From positions 5,835 through 69,834 of the forward strand of contig CAIWSB010000089.1 of assembly GCA_903915225.1 (NCBI GenBank): 64,000 nt of DNA, in the 5' to 3' direction. The notes under the pieces were generated by a model that made no database searches, was not told the DNA's origin, and saw only the letters and a program-made list of their open reading frames with translations. The DNA is from an uncultured Candidatus Woesearchaeota archaeon (GTDB lineage Archaea; Nanobdellota; Nanobdellia; Woesearchaeales; B29-G15). Both the position numbers and the translations under genes were made by a program. The stretch's first letter is position 1. Every line of letters starts with the position of its first letter. Of this stretch, positions 9,773 to 19,693 are shown in pieces.

Positions 9773-10239
9773 GGCGGCTGTTTTATTTTTTGTTGCTGTT
9801 TATTTCTATCAGCTCTGCTAATGCCCTCGGAATTGGCATTTCCCCCCCTGAGATTTCAGCCAACTGCTCCGAGGGCACTATCTGCAGCCTTCAATTAAGG
9901 GTTTTTAATCCTAACAGCGAAGCTATTGCGGTGAATGCCGAGCTGGAAAAGCACAATGCATGGCTCAATTCCAAAGGTGCAGAGGTTGAACCCTTCTCGT
10001 CGAAGCTTTGCCAGATAACCCTAGTGCCCAATCAAACAGGGCTTATTGAGGATAGATTAATCCTCAAAACAGCAGGGGGAAACCTGGATGCTGCAGTGGG
10101 TGTGGCAATTAAGTTAAAAGTGAAGCAGAAAGAAAAAGTCGCAACTGGCGTCCTGGTTACAGGGTCAATTGTTTTGGTAGGGCTGGGTTGTATGGGAGCA
10201 ATAAGGATAGTAAAGGTACCAAAGGGAAACAAAAGTTGA
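9769..10239 (+). CDS. Small secreted protein with a C-terminal membrane anchor.
   Basis: Its start ATGA-overlaps the upstream stop. It has a signal peptide, and a C-terminal TM helix followed by a basic tail (...LVGLGCMGAIRIVKVPKGNKS). Confidence 0.5.
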   Translation: MRRLFYFLLLFISISSANALGIGISPPEISANCSEGTICSLQLRVFNPNSEAIAVNAELEKHNAWLNSKGAEVEPFSSKLCQITLVPNQTGLIEDRLILKTAGGNLDAAVGVAIKLKVKQKEKVATGVLVTGSIVLVGLGCMGAIRIVKVPKGNKS

Positions 10240-10284
10240 GATATCTTTTTGATAAAACGAATTAATAATTAGAAAGAATCGATT

Positions 10285-10776
10285 TTAATCAAGCTTAGGT
10301 AAGTCAAATTCATAGGTTGGCTTTCCCATTTCTCTAATCATTGTTGTTTCACGGAGGGATTGGGGGCCAATTCCAATCCTTACCATCGCATCAAGGCCGT
10401 AATGAGGATGGTTTTGATATTCTCCAACTTTTTCTGGTTCAACATCTTTGATTACTCCAACCCCTCTTACGAAAACAGGACTTTCCTCTCCCCAGTTTTT
10501 TCCAACAATTACAGGTTTTTCAGTCATTGGAAATAAGTCATAGTTAGCTGCCTTCACGCAAGCAACCCCACCTGTTCCAAATCCCCTTTGGGTCGCCAAT
10601 TTGTAAGCCTGTGCAAGGACTCCAACATTTGTTGCACCTGAGACAATTACAATATCTCTACCTGCAAAATCGGATTCAATCCTATCAAAAGCCTCTTCCA
10701 GAAACTGTAGTGCTTTTACTTCATCATATTTTGTAGGTGGGCAATAACCAACGACTCCTATTCTTGCTTGTTTCAT
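10285..10776 (-). CDS. Rossmann-fold nucleotide-binding protein (LOG/SLOG, TIGR00725-like).
   Basis: IGVVGY...VIVSGATNVGVLAQAYKLATQRGFGTGGVACV resembles SLOG-family glycine-rich motifs. The function is uncertain. Confidence 0.4.
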   Translation of the reverse strand: MKQARIGVVGYCPPTKYDEVKALQFLEEAFDRIESDFAGRDIVIVSGATNVGVLAQAYKLATQRGFGTGGVACVKAANYDLFPMTEKPVIVGKNWGEESPVFVRGVGVIKDVEPEKVGEYQNHPHYGLDAMVRIGIGPQSLRETTMIREMGKPTYEFDLPKLD

Positions 10777-10885
10777 TTTAATTACTATAGAGTAAATAAT
10801 AATTATTTAAATCTTTCGGTATTCATTTTTTGTTTGAAAAACATAATAATATAGAATAAAATCTATTTTGGGAACAATTTACGTT

Positions 10886-12643
10886 CTATGCATAATACAG
10901 CTTCCCGGTTGTCTTTTGCTCCCTGTCAAGCCTCGAATCCAGCTTGTTTATCCTCGGGCGTTTGGACTCAAGGTCACGCCGTAGGGTTATGCCCAGCACG
11001 CCCAGGAAGAGGTTCATACCAGCTTCCATGGAGAACGGACCTTTTAAAGTGCCTGAGACAGCTGGCTTGCCTTCGAAAACAATCAAATCTTCAGATAGGT
11101 AATCCAGAAAAAGCAAATCATGGTCAACAATAAGGGCAGTTCTGCCTGTGGTTTGAATGAGCCGGCTTATTATTTTAGACACCTGGAGGCGCTGCTCCAC
11201 ATCAAGATAAGCAGATGGTTCATCTAACAAATACAAGTCGGCCTCCTCAGAGAGGCATTTTGCAATCATCACCCTCTGAAGCTCTCCACCAGAGAGGCTG
11301 CTAACGGGCTCTGTCAGCAATGGGTCCAGCTCAAGTGGATGCACAAGCTCATTAATGTGGGTGCTGATGGCGTGTTTAAGGAAAATCCCCACTGGCTCTT
11401 TGCTGTCTGAATCAATATATTGGGGCTTATAGCTCACGGAAACACTTGCATTTAGCTCTCCCTGGTCAGTTGGGATTTCGCCGGCAAGGATTCTCACGAA
11501 AGTTGTCTTGCCGATGCCGTTTTCACCCAAAACTCCAACTAGGTGCTTACGGTAAATGATGCCAGGTTCAGAGGAAAAGGAAAAGTCGCCCAGCTTTTTC
11601 TTAAGGGGCTGCCACTCCACCAAGGCCTGCCCTTTCGCTAGCTTCACTGGGGGTTTGTCGTCGAAAGTGATGGCTCCGGGGCGGAAGCGGATGTTCTCCT
11701 TCCTCATGAAGCCCCGAAGATACTCATTGACTCCCTCACGGGTGGACATTGGGCTTGAAATCACACCATAACCTGAGGGGACTCCGAATGTGATGTGCAC
11801 CAACTCGGTCATGTGGTCAAGGATTATTAGGTCATGCTCGATTACCACAACAGCAGTCTGCTCATTGGCCAGGCTTTGGATGTACTCGCTCACGCGGACC
11901 CTCTGCTTGATGTCAAGGTAGGATGTTGGCTCGTCGAAGAAGAACACATTCGCCTTCTTAAGCGAACAGGAGGCTATTGCCACCCTTTGGAGCTCACCAC
12001 CTGAAATTTGAGAGAGCTTGCGGTCCAGGAACTGGGTCAGCTCGAGCTTCTCAGCCACTTCCTTCATACGCCCCGTCTCGTCCATCTTTTTGAGGAGTTC
12101 TCCGACTGTGCCGCTGAAGCGCTTTGGGAGCAAACTGACCTGCTGCGGCTTCACAGCAACCTTAATTTTGCCTGCATTTAGGTTCTCAAAATAGTTGTGG
12201 AGCTCTGTTCCCTTAAAATACTCGATAAGCTCTTGTATCGACGTATTGTGCTCGGGTTTGCCAAGGTTGGGCTTGAGCTGGCCAGAGAGTATATTGATTG
12301 CAGTGCTCTTTCCAATGCCGTTCTTGCCAATAATGCCCACAACCTTGCCGAAAATGGGTATTGGGAGGTTATATAGATGGAAGCCGTTCTTGCCGTAGGC
12401 GTGTATTGGCGGCTTGCTAAGCTCCTCGGGGAGGTTTATGATATTTATTGCCCCAAATGGGCATTTCTTAATGCAAATCCCGCAGCCGATGCACAGGTTC
12501 TCGTCAATAGCCGCCTTGCTGTCTGGAGTCTTGGAAATACACTCATCCCCCTTCCTGTTAATGGGGCACACCCTAACACAGAGGTAGTCCCCGCAATTAT
12601 TTGGGGCGCATTTCTTCTTGTCCAAAACAGCTATCCTGACCAT
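10886..12643 (-). CDS. ABCE1 (RNase L inhibitor-like ribosome recycling ATPase).
   Basis: The N-terminus has a 2x[4Fe-4S] ferredoxin-like domain (CVRVCPINRKGDECI...CIGCGICIKKCP). Two ABC ATPase domains follow (GKNGIGKST, GENGIGKTT, LSGGELQR x2). I take the start at MVRIAVLD (12643) rather than the ORF-track start at 12664. Confidence 0.9.
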   Translation of the reverse strand: MVRIAVLDKKKCAPNNCGDYLCVRVCPINRKGDECISKTPDSKAAIDENLCIGCGICIKKCPFGAINIINLPEELSKPPIHAYGKNGFHLYNLPIPIFGKVVGIIGKNGIGKSTAINILSGQLKPNLGKPEHNTSIQELIEYFKGTELHNYFENLNAGKIKVAVKPQQVSLLPKRFSGTVGELLKKMDETGRMKEVAEKLELTQFLDRKLSQISGGELQRVAIASCSLKKANVFFFDEPTSYLDIKQRVRVSEYIQSLANEQTAVVVIEHDLIILDHMTELVHITFGVPSGYGVISSPMSTREGVNEYLRGFMRKENIRFRPGAITFDDKPPVKLAKGQALVEWQPLKKKLGDFSFSSEPGIIYRKHLVGVLGENGIGKTTFVRILAGEIPTDQGELNASVSVSYKPQYIDSDSKEPVGIFLKHAISTHINELVHPLELDPLLTEPVSSLSGGELQRVMIAKCLSEEADLYLLDEPSAYLDVEQRLQVSKIISRLIQTTGRTALIVDHDLLFLDYLSEDLIVFEGKPAVSGTLKGPFSMEAGMNLFLGVLGITLRRDLESKRPRINKLDSRLDREQKTTGKLYYA

Positions 12644-12706
12644 GGGCACGGAGGGGCTTTCCAATGTTTAAGAACTTTTCGACGCTGTCACTTATTCACT
12701 CATCTT

Positions 12707-12827
12707 GCAGCAACAACTCTAGCGGCCTACGGTCATTTGCTGCTGCAAATGCCCTATTCGCCACCCCGTAAGGGGCCGGAACACTTCGTGTTCCTTTCCC
12801 CCGACTCATCGGCGCCATTGTTGCTGC
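12707..12827 (+). repeat. Intergenic structured repeat element, copy A (MITE-like with terminal inverted repeats, or an ncRNA).
   Basis: GCAGCAACAA...GGCGGCCTACGG...hairpin CATTTGC-TGCT-GCAAATG...CGCCACCCCGTAAGGGG...GGCGCCATTGTTGCTGC. The termini are inverted repeats. Copies B, C and D are similar. Confidence 0.6.
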
Positions 12828-12916
12828 CCCAGGGGGTAAATTTCCCGTCTATCGACGCAAGTTATTTAAATTCCTCCTCGCTTCCTGACCAGCTAAAGGC
12901 CTGAAAGCAGATTAAA

Positions 12917-15352
12917 ATGGAGTTAGATAAGCATTACGACGCAAAGGCGTCAGAGAAGAAGTGGCAGGATTTCTGGCTTAAGGAAAAAATCTATGCCTTC
13001 AACCCGGCCACGAGAAAGAAGATATTCTCGCTAGATACACCTCCACCGACTGTCTCCGGGAGCATGCACATAGGGCATGCAGTTGCCTATTCCCAGGCGG
13101 ATTTCATAATGCGCTACAGGAGGATGGTAGGGGATGAGATTTTCTATCCCTTTGGGTTTGACGATAACGGCCTGCCTTCTGAGCGCTATGTGGAGAAGAA
13201 ATGCGGCGTCAAAGCCACGAAGATGAAGCGGGATGAGTTCAGGAAGCTCTGCATGGAGCAGACTGCAGAGGCTGAGGAGAACATGCTCAAGCAATTCCTC
13301 TCAATTGGGCTTTCACCTGACCTGCAGCTTCGGTACCGAACAATTGACAAGCGCGTGCAGCGCATGTCGCAGCTAAGTTTTATTGAGATTCATGAGATGG
13401 GGCGCGGTTACAGGAAGGAAGCCCCGATTATATGGTGCCCCGAGTGCCAGACTGCAATTGCGCAGGTGGAGCTCAAGGACAAGCAGTTCAGCTCAATGTT
13501 CAATGACATTGTTTTCAAAGTGGGGAGCAGCAATCTGATAATCTCAACAACAAGGCCAGAGCTGCTGCCATCCTGTGTTGCGGTTTTCTATAACCCTGCT
13601 GATGAGAGATACCAGCAATTGAAGGGCAAGGAGGCAAAGGTGCCCCTGATGGACTTTAAAGTCCCAATCCTTGAGGATGCAAAGGTGGACATGACCAAGG
13701 GCACAGGCATTGTCATGTGCTGCACTTTCGGAGACCAGACAGATGTGGAGTGGTACGGCAAGCACAAGCTTCCCCTAAAAATGTCCATCACAAAGGACGG
13801 TAAAATGGCTGAGAGCACTGGAAAGTATGCGGGGCTCACTATAAAGGAAGCAAGGACTGCAATAATTGAGGATTTGAAAGCGAGTGGCCTACTCAAAGAC
13901 CAAAATCCATTGTCGCATTTCGTAAACGTGCACGAACGGTGCGGGACAGAAGTCGAATTCATAGTTTCTAAGCAATGGTTTGTCAAGTACCTTGACTTAG
14001 TGGACAAGTTTGTTGAGATGGGGAACAAACTCAAATGGTACCCTGACCACATGAAGGCTAGGTACGAGAACTGGGTTAAGGGTTTGCGCTGGGACTGGTG
14101 CATATCCAGGCAGCGCTACTTCGGCGTTCCGATTCCGGTTTGGTATTGCGCAAAATGCGATGCTGAGATTATTGCCAGCAAAGATAAACTGCCTATTGAT
14201 CCTCTGGTGGACAAGCCTCCAGTGAAGCAATGCCCAAAATGCGGGTCAACTGAGATTGTGCCAGAGAAGGACGTCATGGACACTTGGGCGACATCATCAC
14301 TGACGCCGTTCATAGCAGCCAAGTGGCGTGAGGATGAAAAGCTCTTTGATAAAATATTCCCGTTCTCGCTGAGGAGCAATGGCCACGACATAATCTCATT
14401 CTGGCTTTTCAATACAATAGTCAAGTCATGGCTACACGAGAAGAAGCTGCCCTGGAAGGATGCCATGATAAACGGGTTTGTGTTGGACCCGCACGGCGAG
14501 AAAATGTCAAAGTCCAAGGGCAACATTATCCTGCCGGAAAATGTGCTAAACCAATTCTGCGCTGACGCACTCAGATTCTGGTCGGCATCTTCAAAGCTCG
14601 GCGAGGACCTGGCATATCAGGAGAAGGATCTGGTTACTGGGATGAAATTCCTGACAAAACTCTGGAACGCCTCCAGGTTTGCGCTGATGCACCTCGAGGA
14701 TTTCAAGGGTGGCAAGCCTAGGAAAATGCACCCGGTGGATCTTTGGATGATAAGCAAGTTCCAGGATGTGATCAAGGAATCCACTGCTGCATTTGAGGAT
14801 TACGAGTTTTCCAAGGCAAAGCAGGTTGTTGAGAACTTCTTCTGGCACACCTTCTGTGACAATTATCTGGAAATGATTAAGGCTAGGCTGTACCTTGAGG
14901 ACAAGGCAAACCCAGAGCGCGTTTCCGCACAATATACAATCTATTATGTGCTACTCAACATCCTAAAGCTGATTGCACCGCTGCTGCCGCACATCGCTGA
15001 AGATATTTACCAATCGTTCTATGCAAAGTCCGAAAATGACAAGAGTATCCACATTGCCAGCTGGCCTATCTACAATGCTGAGCTAAAGGACGCCGCAGCC
15101 CAGAAAGGGGGCGACCTGGTTGTGGATATGGTTACCCGAATCAGGAAATTCAAGTCAATGAGGGACATGAGCCTTAAGGCTGGGATTGATGTGCTCACAA
15201 TAGAGAAGAAGTTTGAGAAGGCAATAGAGGGTTTTGAGGACACGCTTAGGGCAACAACCGCCACCAGCAGGATTGTGTTTGGCAGCCCGATGGAGCTTTC
15301 AACAGAGGAATTCGGCGTAAAGATGGACATCGCCCTGCACGAGGGCGTTTAA
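12917..15352 (+). CDS. valS: Valyl-tRNA synthetase.
   Basis: HIGH region PPPTVSGSMHIGHA, KMSKS motif (EKMSKSKGN), DWCISRQRYFG, and an 811 aa length typical of archaeal ValRS. Confidence 0.85.
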   Translation: MELDKHYDAKASEKKWQDFWLKEKIYAFNPATRKKIFSLDTPPPTVSGSMHIGHAVAYSQADFIMRYRRMVGDEIFYPFGFDDNGLPSERYVEKKCGVKATKMKRDEFRKLCMEQTAEAEENMLKQFLSIGLSPDLQLRYRTIDKRVQRMSQLSFIEIHEMGRGYRKEAPIIWCPECQTAIAQVELKDKQFSSMFNDIVFKVGSSNLIISTTRPELLPSCVAVFYNPADERYQQLKGKEAKVPLMDFKVPILEDAKVDMTKGTGIVMCCTFGDQTDVEWYGKHKLPLKMSITKDGKMAESTGKYAGLTIKEARTAIIEDLKASGLLKDQNPLSHFVNVHERCGTEVEFIVSKQWFVKYLDLVDKFVEMGNKLKWYPDHMKARYENWVKGLRWDWCISRQRYFGVPIPVWYCAKCDAEIIASKDKLPIDPLVDKPPVKQCPKCGSTEIVPEKDVMDTWATSSLTPFIAAKWREDEKLFDKIFPFSLRSNGHDIISFWLFNTIVKSWLHEKKLPWKDAMINGFVLDPHGEKMSKSKGNIILPENVLNQFCADALRFWSASSKLGEDLAYQEKDLVTGMKFLTKLWNASRFALMHLEDFKGGKPRKMHPVDLWMISKFQDVIKESTAAFEDYEFSKAKQVVENFFWHTFCDNYLEMIKARLYLEDKANPERVSAQYTIYYVLLNILKLIAPLLPHIAEDIYQSFYAKSENDKSIHIASWPIYNAELKDAAAQKGGDLVVDMVTRIRKFKSMRDMSLKAGIDVLTIEKKFEKAIEGFEDTLRATTATSRIVFGSPMELSTEEFGVKMDIALHEGV

Positions 15353-15354
15353 TT

Positions 15355-16824
15355 CTAGAAAATAAACTTAAGGATCAGACCCAGGATTACACCTGCTGCT
15401 GCTCCAATCCCCAAACCCCATAACATACTCGCTGCAGGGAGTTCAAGTGCGAGCCAGACGATTAAACCCACTATGACTCCAACAATTGCACCAATTAATG
15501 CAAGCCTTAGGATATTTTTATTCTCTGAAGAGCTATCTTTCGCACATGCATCGCCCTTTCCATCCTTGTCTGTGTCCTTTTGGTCAGCGTTTGCCACATC
15601 AGGGCAGTTGTCGCACACATCCCCCAATTTATCTCCATCGCTATCTGTCTGGACAATATTTACTTCGGAAACGCAGTTGTCGCATGCGTCTCCCACACTA
15701 TCACCATCTGTATCCAATTGGTCTACGTTCTGGATATCAGGGCAGTTGTCCTTGTCATTTAAAATCCCGTCATGATCTCTGTCGTTGTTTAACGAAGGAC
15801 CTGAAGTCACTGTTGTTGTGGTTGTCTGTAAGGGGTTGCTTTGGATATATCTCATACATGAGTTTGAGTCGCACTGCCCAATGGTTGCGAAATCAACCCA
15901 GACAAATCCCTCGCCTGTACACTTCACATTTTCTCTCTGGTTGCCTCCCCAAACATCATCGGGTGAGTGTGAGCAGCAACAGCCCTTGGTGCATTCATTC
16001 CAGTTGGCAAAATTAATTGAGTTCATCATTGCGCATGCCACTGAGCCCTCCTGGCAGGTATCGGCTTGGTAATAGAAGAACCAGTTCTTGAGGCAGTCTG
16101 CCTGATCCTTGGGGCCATTTTCGTTTCCGGTGGCATAGGCTTTTGGGTCATCTGCCGGGCAGCACTCTTTTGCAACCTGGTTATATGTGCAGGGGCTTGT
16201 CTTAGGGTTTACGCAGCATCCGCTCTTCTCCTGTTCTCCCCCTTGGCAGATGCTGTTTGTGCAGCCACCAGGGCACCAGTTCGTTGTTTTCATGCAAGAG
16301 CCACTTGAACAGAAATATTCAGCAGCCCTGTTGCTCCCATCGCAATCGTCCACAAAGCCATGCCCTTGGGCGTCAATACAAATGCTCTGGACATCAAAGT
16401 TTTTTCCATCTGGATGGGCTGCGTCAACATCAAAGTCCTTGCATGTTCCTAAGGGAACGTTACCATAGCTCTTGCGGCAAACCCCTTTATCTATATCGCA
16501 GCCGAACTCGCATTTCTCTTCAGTAGACATGCAGAAAGGGGGATGACACTGGTAGCAGAACCATTCCTTAAGTGTTGACAAACTAAGGCATTCATCTGGT
16601 ACATTAGTTACTGTGCCATCGCTGCATGTTCCCCACTCGTAAATCTTCCTCCCATTATCAGTCTCAGAGCATCCAGAATATGGTGTCGCAATGGTGGTAG
16701 TTGTGCCACAACCAACCCCGCCGACACTCCCTCCACACTTGGGGGATGTAGAATCTTCAGCAGAAACAATTATAGGAACAAATAGAAATAATATAAGTAA
16801 AACCAGCAGCACCCTTTTAAGCAT
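15355..16824 (-). CDS. Secreted cysteine-rich protein with thrombospondin type-3 (TSP3) calcium-binding repeats and a C-terminal TM anchor.
   Basis: Signal peptide, then about 60 Cys residues in repeated modules. TSP3-like repeats ([26 protein letters not shown]...[34 protein letters not shown]) precede C-terminal hydrophobic helices. Confidence 0.7.
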   Translation of the reverse strand: MLKRVLLVLLILFLFVPIIVSAEDSTSPKCGGSVGGVGCGTTTTIATPYSGCSETDNGRKIYEWGTCSDGTVTNVPDECLSLSTLKEWFCYQCHPPFCMSTEEKCEFGCDIDKGVCRKSYGNVPLGTCKDFDVDAAHPDGKNFDVQSICIDAQGHGFVDDCDGSNRAAEYFCSSGSCMKTTNWCPGGCTNSICQGGEQEKSGCCVNPKTSPCTYNQVAKECCPADDPKAYATGNENGPKDQADCLKNWFFYYQADTCQEGSVACAMMNSINFANWNECTKGCCCSHSPDDVWGGNQRENVKCTGEGFVWVDFATIGQCDSNSCMRYIQSNPLQTTTTTVTSGPSLNNDRDHDGILNDKDNCPDIQNVDQLDTDGDSVGDACDNCVSEVNIVQTDSDGDKLGDVCDNCPDVANADQKDTDKDGKGDACAKDSSSENKNILRLALIGAIVGVIVGLIVWLALELPAASMLWGLGIGAAAGVILGLILKFIF

Positions 16825-16869
16825 TTTAAGTCGGTAATACCTTATACTAGTATTTAAAATTTTGCATAA

Positions 16870-18684
16870 TTAAATCAGGCCGAACAGTGAGCCAACTATT
16901 CCTCCAACAACACCGCAGGCAAACACAAGGGGCAAAAGTATTGGGGCGAGGGCAGGCACGGTGAGTGCAATAATCCCTCCAATAACCCCACCAACTATAG
17001 CGCCGAAAAGTGCATACTGTTGGGTCTTGTTTGAACTACCATCGCAGGCATCCCCCTTACCATCACTGTTAGTGTCCTTTTGGCTGGGATTGGATTTGTC
17101 AATGCAGTTGTCACAAGCATCCCCCACTTTGTCATCATCCCCATCCGCCTGATCCTGGTTGGGGGTTTCAATGCAGTCGTCGCAGGCATCACCCACCGAA
17201 TCTTTATCAGTATCACTCTGGTCTGCATTTTTTACAAAAGGGCAATTGTCGCAAACATCGCCAATCTGGTCCAAATCAGAATCCTTCTGATCAGGATTGC
17301 TAACATCAATACAATTGTCCATGGCATCGCTAATGCCATCCTTATCTATGTCTTCAGAAGAGGCTGGAGGTTTTATCGAAGATTGGTCATCGTTAACGAT
17401 TTCCTCAGCTGTTCCCCCCATTATTTTTGCGCAGGCCTCATTGCTGCATTCATTAATCTCTCCAAAAGATTTCCACTGCTGCTGGCTTCCGCCGCATTTT
17501 ATCTTGGACAGTTGAGAGCCCTTCACAAATCCTGATGGGGAGCGCTCGCAGCAGCAGCCCTGTTCACAGTATCCCGCATTGTCAAAATTCGCTGTGGTCA
17601 TCTGGGCGCAGGCATCATCACTGCTATAAAAGAAGAACCAATCGCGGGAGAGGCATTGCTGCCTATCTTTTGGACCCACTTCTATGGGGGAAACATATTG
17701 GGTTGTATCCTCTGGACAGCAAAGGCTGGCTGATTCGTAATACGTGCAGGCATTCTTTTTGGGGTTGAGGCAGCAGCCCCCCCCTTGAGTCATTTCTGGC
17801 TGCTCAACGAGGCACGCACCGGCAGCGCAACCCCAGGTGCATTTCTGCATTGCATCCATTGCACAGCTGCCGCCCAGGCAATAGAATTCCTGGATATGGC
17901 ACCTGTCACCTGAGCAGGAATCAACATATTCAAAGTTAGTTCCATCATCAGTGAGGACGCATTGGTCAGTCCAAGATTTGAGCCTGTCATTGCAGGTCCC
18001 CTGGACGAAAAAGTCCTTTGAATTGTCTGTCTCTGAACAATCCTGCCGAGGCTGCTCTGTAGCCATTGGAATCTCAATTGTTGTAAAAGTCCTGACCTTG
18101 CAAGCCCCATTCTCGCAGCCCAGCGGGCACCAATTGTCCTTTGGGAGGCATTGTGATTCTGGTTGACTATTGCACTCTCTGCCGTGGCAGCCTCCGCTAG
18201 GAGTTGCCGGACCGCAGTAGTATTCCTTTAAGCGATTGCCATCACAAGTGTCTGGAAACTCCTGTTCACTTCCTGTCCCAATGCCATCTGTGCAGAGCCC
18301 ATTAACCTCTGGAAAAATCCCTTCGTCAGTGTCATCGCAGCCAGGCGCGGGGTAAGTAATTTTTGTTCCGCTGGGCAGACAGGCGCCATTAAGACAGCCA
18401 TTGTCGCACCAGGCGTCGTTTGGCATGCAAAGCCCCTCTCGGCAGTAATACTCGGTTAGCCTCACAGGGTACCCGGCGGCTTCGTAGTCACACTTGTCAA
18501 TAACTGTTCGGGTGGCATCCTTGCACACGCCTTGCATATAGACATTGAATCCGCCATCCTCCTCACAGCATGTGCCACTGTTATCCAAATAACAGACCGA
18601 GTCCCCACAATCGCAGGCTGCTGCAATTCCTGCGCATAGTATCATAGCGAGCAACAGTGCCAAACAGAACCTCATTAATTTCAC
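16870..18684 (-). CDS. Secreted cysteine-rich protein with TSP3 repeats (a paralogue of the 15355-16824 gene) and a C-terminal TM anchor.
   Basis: Same architecture as the 15355-16824 gene. It has three CxDTDxG...C..GC..GAC modules, a shared GCC(V/L)NPK..CTY...CCP.D...GPKD..CL module, five TSP3-like repeats (DxDxDxxGDxCDNCP), and a C-terminal TM. Confidence 0.7.
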   Translation of the reverse strand: MKLMRFCLALLLAMILCAGIAAACDCGDSVCYLDNSGTCCEEDGGFNVYMQGVCKDATRTVIDKCDYEAAGYPVRLTEYYCREGLCMPNDAWCDNGCLNGACLPSGTKITYPAPGCDDTDEGIFPEVNGLCTDGIGTGSEQEFPDTCDGNRLKEYYCGPATPSGGCHGRECNSQPESQCLPKDNWCPLGCENGACKVRTFTTIEIPMATEQPRQDCSETDNSKDFFVQGTCNDRLKSWTDQCVLTDDGTNFEYVDSCSGDRCHIQEFYCLGGSCAMDAMQKCTWGCAAGACLVEQPEMTQGGGCCLNPKKNACTYYESASLCCPEDTTQYVSPIEVGPKDRQQCLSRDWFFFYSSDDACAQMTTANFDNAGYCEQGCCCERSPSGFVKGSQLSKIKCGGSQQQWKSFGEINECSNEACAKIMGGTAEEIVNDDQSSIKPPASSEDIDKDGISDAMDNCIDVSNPDQKDSDLDQIGDVCDNCPFVKNADQSDTDKDSVGDACDDCIETPNQDQADGDDDKVGDACDNCIDKSNPSQKDTNSDGKGDACDGSSNKTQQYALFGAIVGGVIGGIIALTVPALAPILLPLVFACGVVGGIVGSLFGLI

Positions 18685-18880
18685 CAGTTTTGCTATGGAG
18701 ATTTGTAATATACTAATATAAATAATTTAGGGTAAGGACAGCCGTGAATAAAAAACAGTAAAATTAGCCCCGTACATAATGGCAAAGAGTAACGGATTCT
18801 AGCGAAACTTTGCACGATGTGCACAAAATATCTGTTTTAAGATTTTTTTGTTATTATAGAGTGATTACACTTCGAAAGGT

Positions 18881-18890
18881 TTATAAATAA
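18881..18890 (+). promoter_or_regulatory. TATA box of a leaderless promoter for the 18917-31557 operon.
   Basis: TTATAAATAA lies about 30 nt upstream of the ATG at 18917 in an AT-rich intergenic region. There is no SD sequence, consistent with a leaderless archaeal transcript. Confidence 0.4.
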
Positions 18891-18916
18891 GCCCAAATGC
18901 CTATCTTCGAGGGACA

Positions 18917-19693
18917 ATGGTGAATATTGACATTACAGGTAACTGTAACCAGAGATGCGAGTTTTGCTACCAAACCCTGGATGGCTCAAGCCTGCCAACC
19001 GACGTGATTTTGGACGTGGTTCAAGAACAGAAGAGCGATAGCAGCGTCCAAGTGGGTGGAGGAGAGCCAATGCTTGATCCTCGGATATTGTGGCTAATAG
19101 AAAAATTTGTTGACATGGGGAAAAGGGTGCACATTGCCACCAATGGGACAGTTATTCCAGAGGGGCTTTTAGACCTTGAAGAGACTGTCAAGAAAAACGT
19201 CGAGATTCAGGTGAGCCTCCATGCATCCAGCCCTGAGCTTTACAAGAGCATTACTGGAACTGATTTTTTCGACAGGGTTTTAGAAAATATTGGGGCTTTG
19301 AAAGCCCATTTCACAACTCTCATCACAAGTGTGGTTTATCAGAGAAATTATGGTGATATGCAGAATATCATTGACTTGGCCGAGCAGATGGGCTTGCCGC
19401 TGCGCGTGAACCTTGTCTTCCCAGTGGGGCTCGGCAAGGATGTGATTCGGCTGACCTCAAAGCAGGTTGAAGGGCTGCGCGGGCTGCTGCTGGCTGAGAG
19501 GCTGGGAAAAAAGGGGATGATTGATTCGCCGCTGGTGCATGCCGAAAGCAACTGCCATGCGCTGGAAGTGGCATATGGAATCCCACGAACAGGGCAGTGC
19601 CCGTTCGACCTGGGGAAGCTCTATGTTGCCCCGAGCGGTGAGAGATTTGGTTGTGAATTTTATAGAAAGAAGGAAAGGAGGAATGAAAAATGA
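18917..19693 (+). CDS. Radical SAM enzyme with a C-terminal twitch/SPASM-like Cys motif.
   Basis: CNQRCEFC (CxxxCxxC) near the N-terminus, a GGGEP SAM-binding motif, and C-terminal GQCPFDLGKLYVAPSGERFGCEF. Confidence 0.75.
   Translation: MVNIDITGNCNQRCEFCYQTLDGSSLPTDVILDVVQEQKSDSSVQVGGGEPMLDPRILWLIEKFVDMGKRVHIATNGTVIPEGLLDLEETVKKNVEIQVSLHASSPELYKSITGTDFFDRVLENIGALKAHFTTLITSVVYQRNYGDMQNIIDLAEQMGLPLRVNLVFPVGLGKDVIRLTSKQVEGLRGLLLAERLGKKGMIDSPLVHAESNCHALEVAYGIPRTGQCPFDLGKLYVAPSGERFGCEFYRKKERRNEK

Noticed and set aside
12377-12904. 175-aa plus-strand ORF spanning the ABCE1 5' end and repeat copy A.
   Set aside because: It overlaps the well-supported ABCE1 gene antisense and runs through a non-coding repeat. 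It is composition-driven.
13588-14526. Several minus-strand ORFs (73-171 aa) inside valS.
   Set aside because: They lie entirely antisense within a strongly supported synthetase gene and have no motifs.
15473-16526. Multiple plus-strand ORFs (60-176 aa) antisense to the Cys-rich protein gene.
   Set aside because: They are low-complexity translations of the repetitive Asp/Cys codon repeats on the opposite strand.
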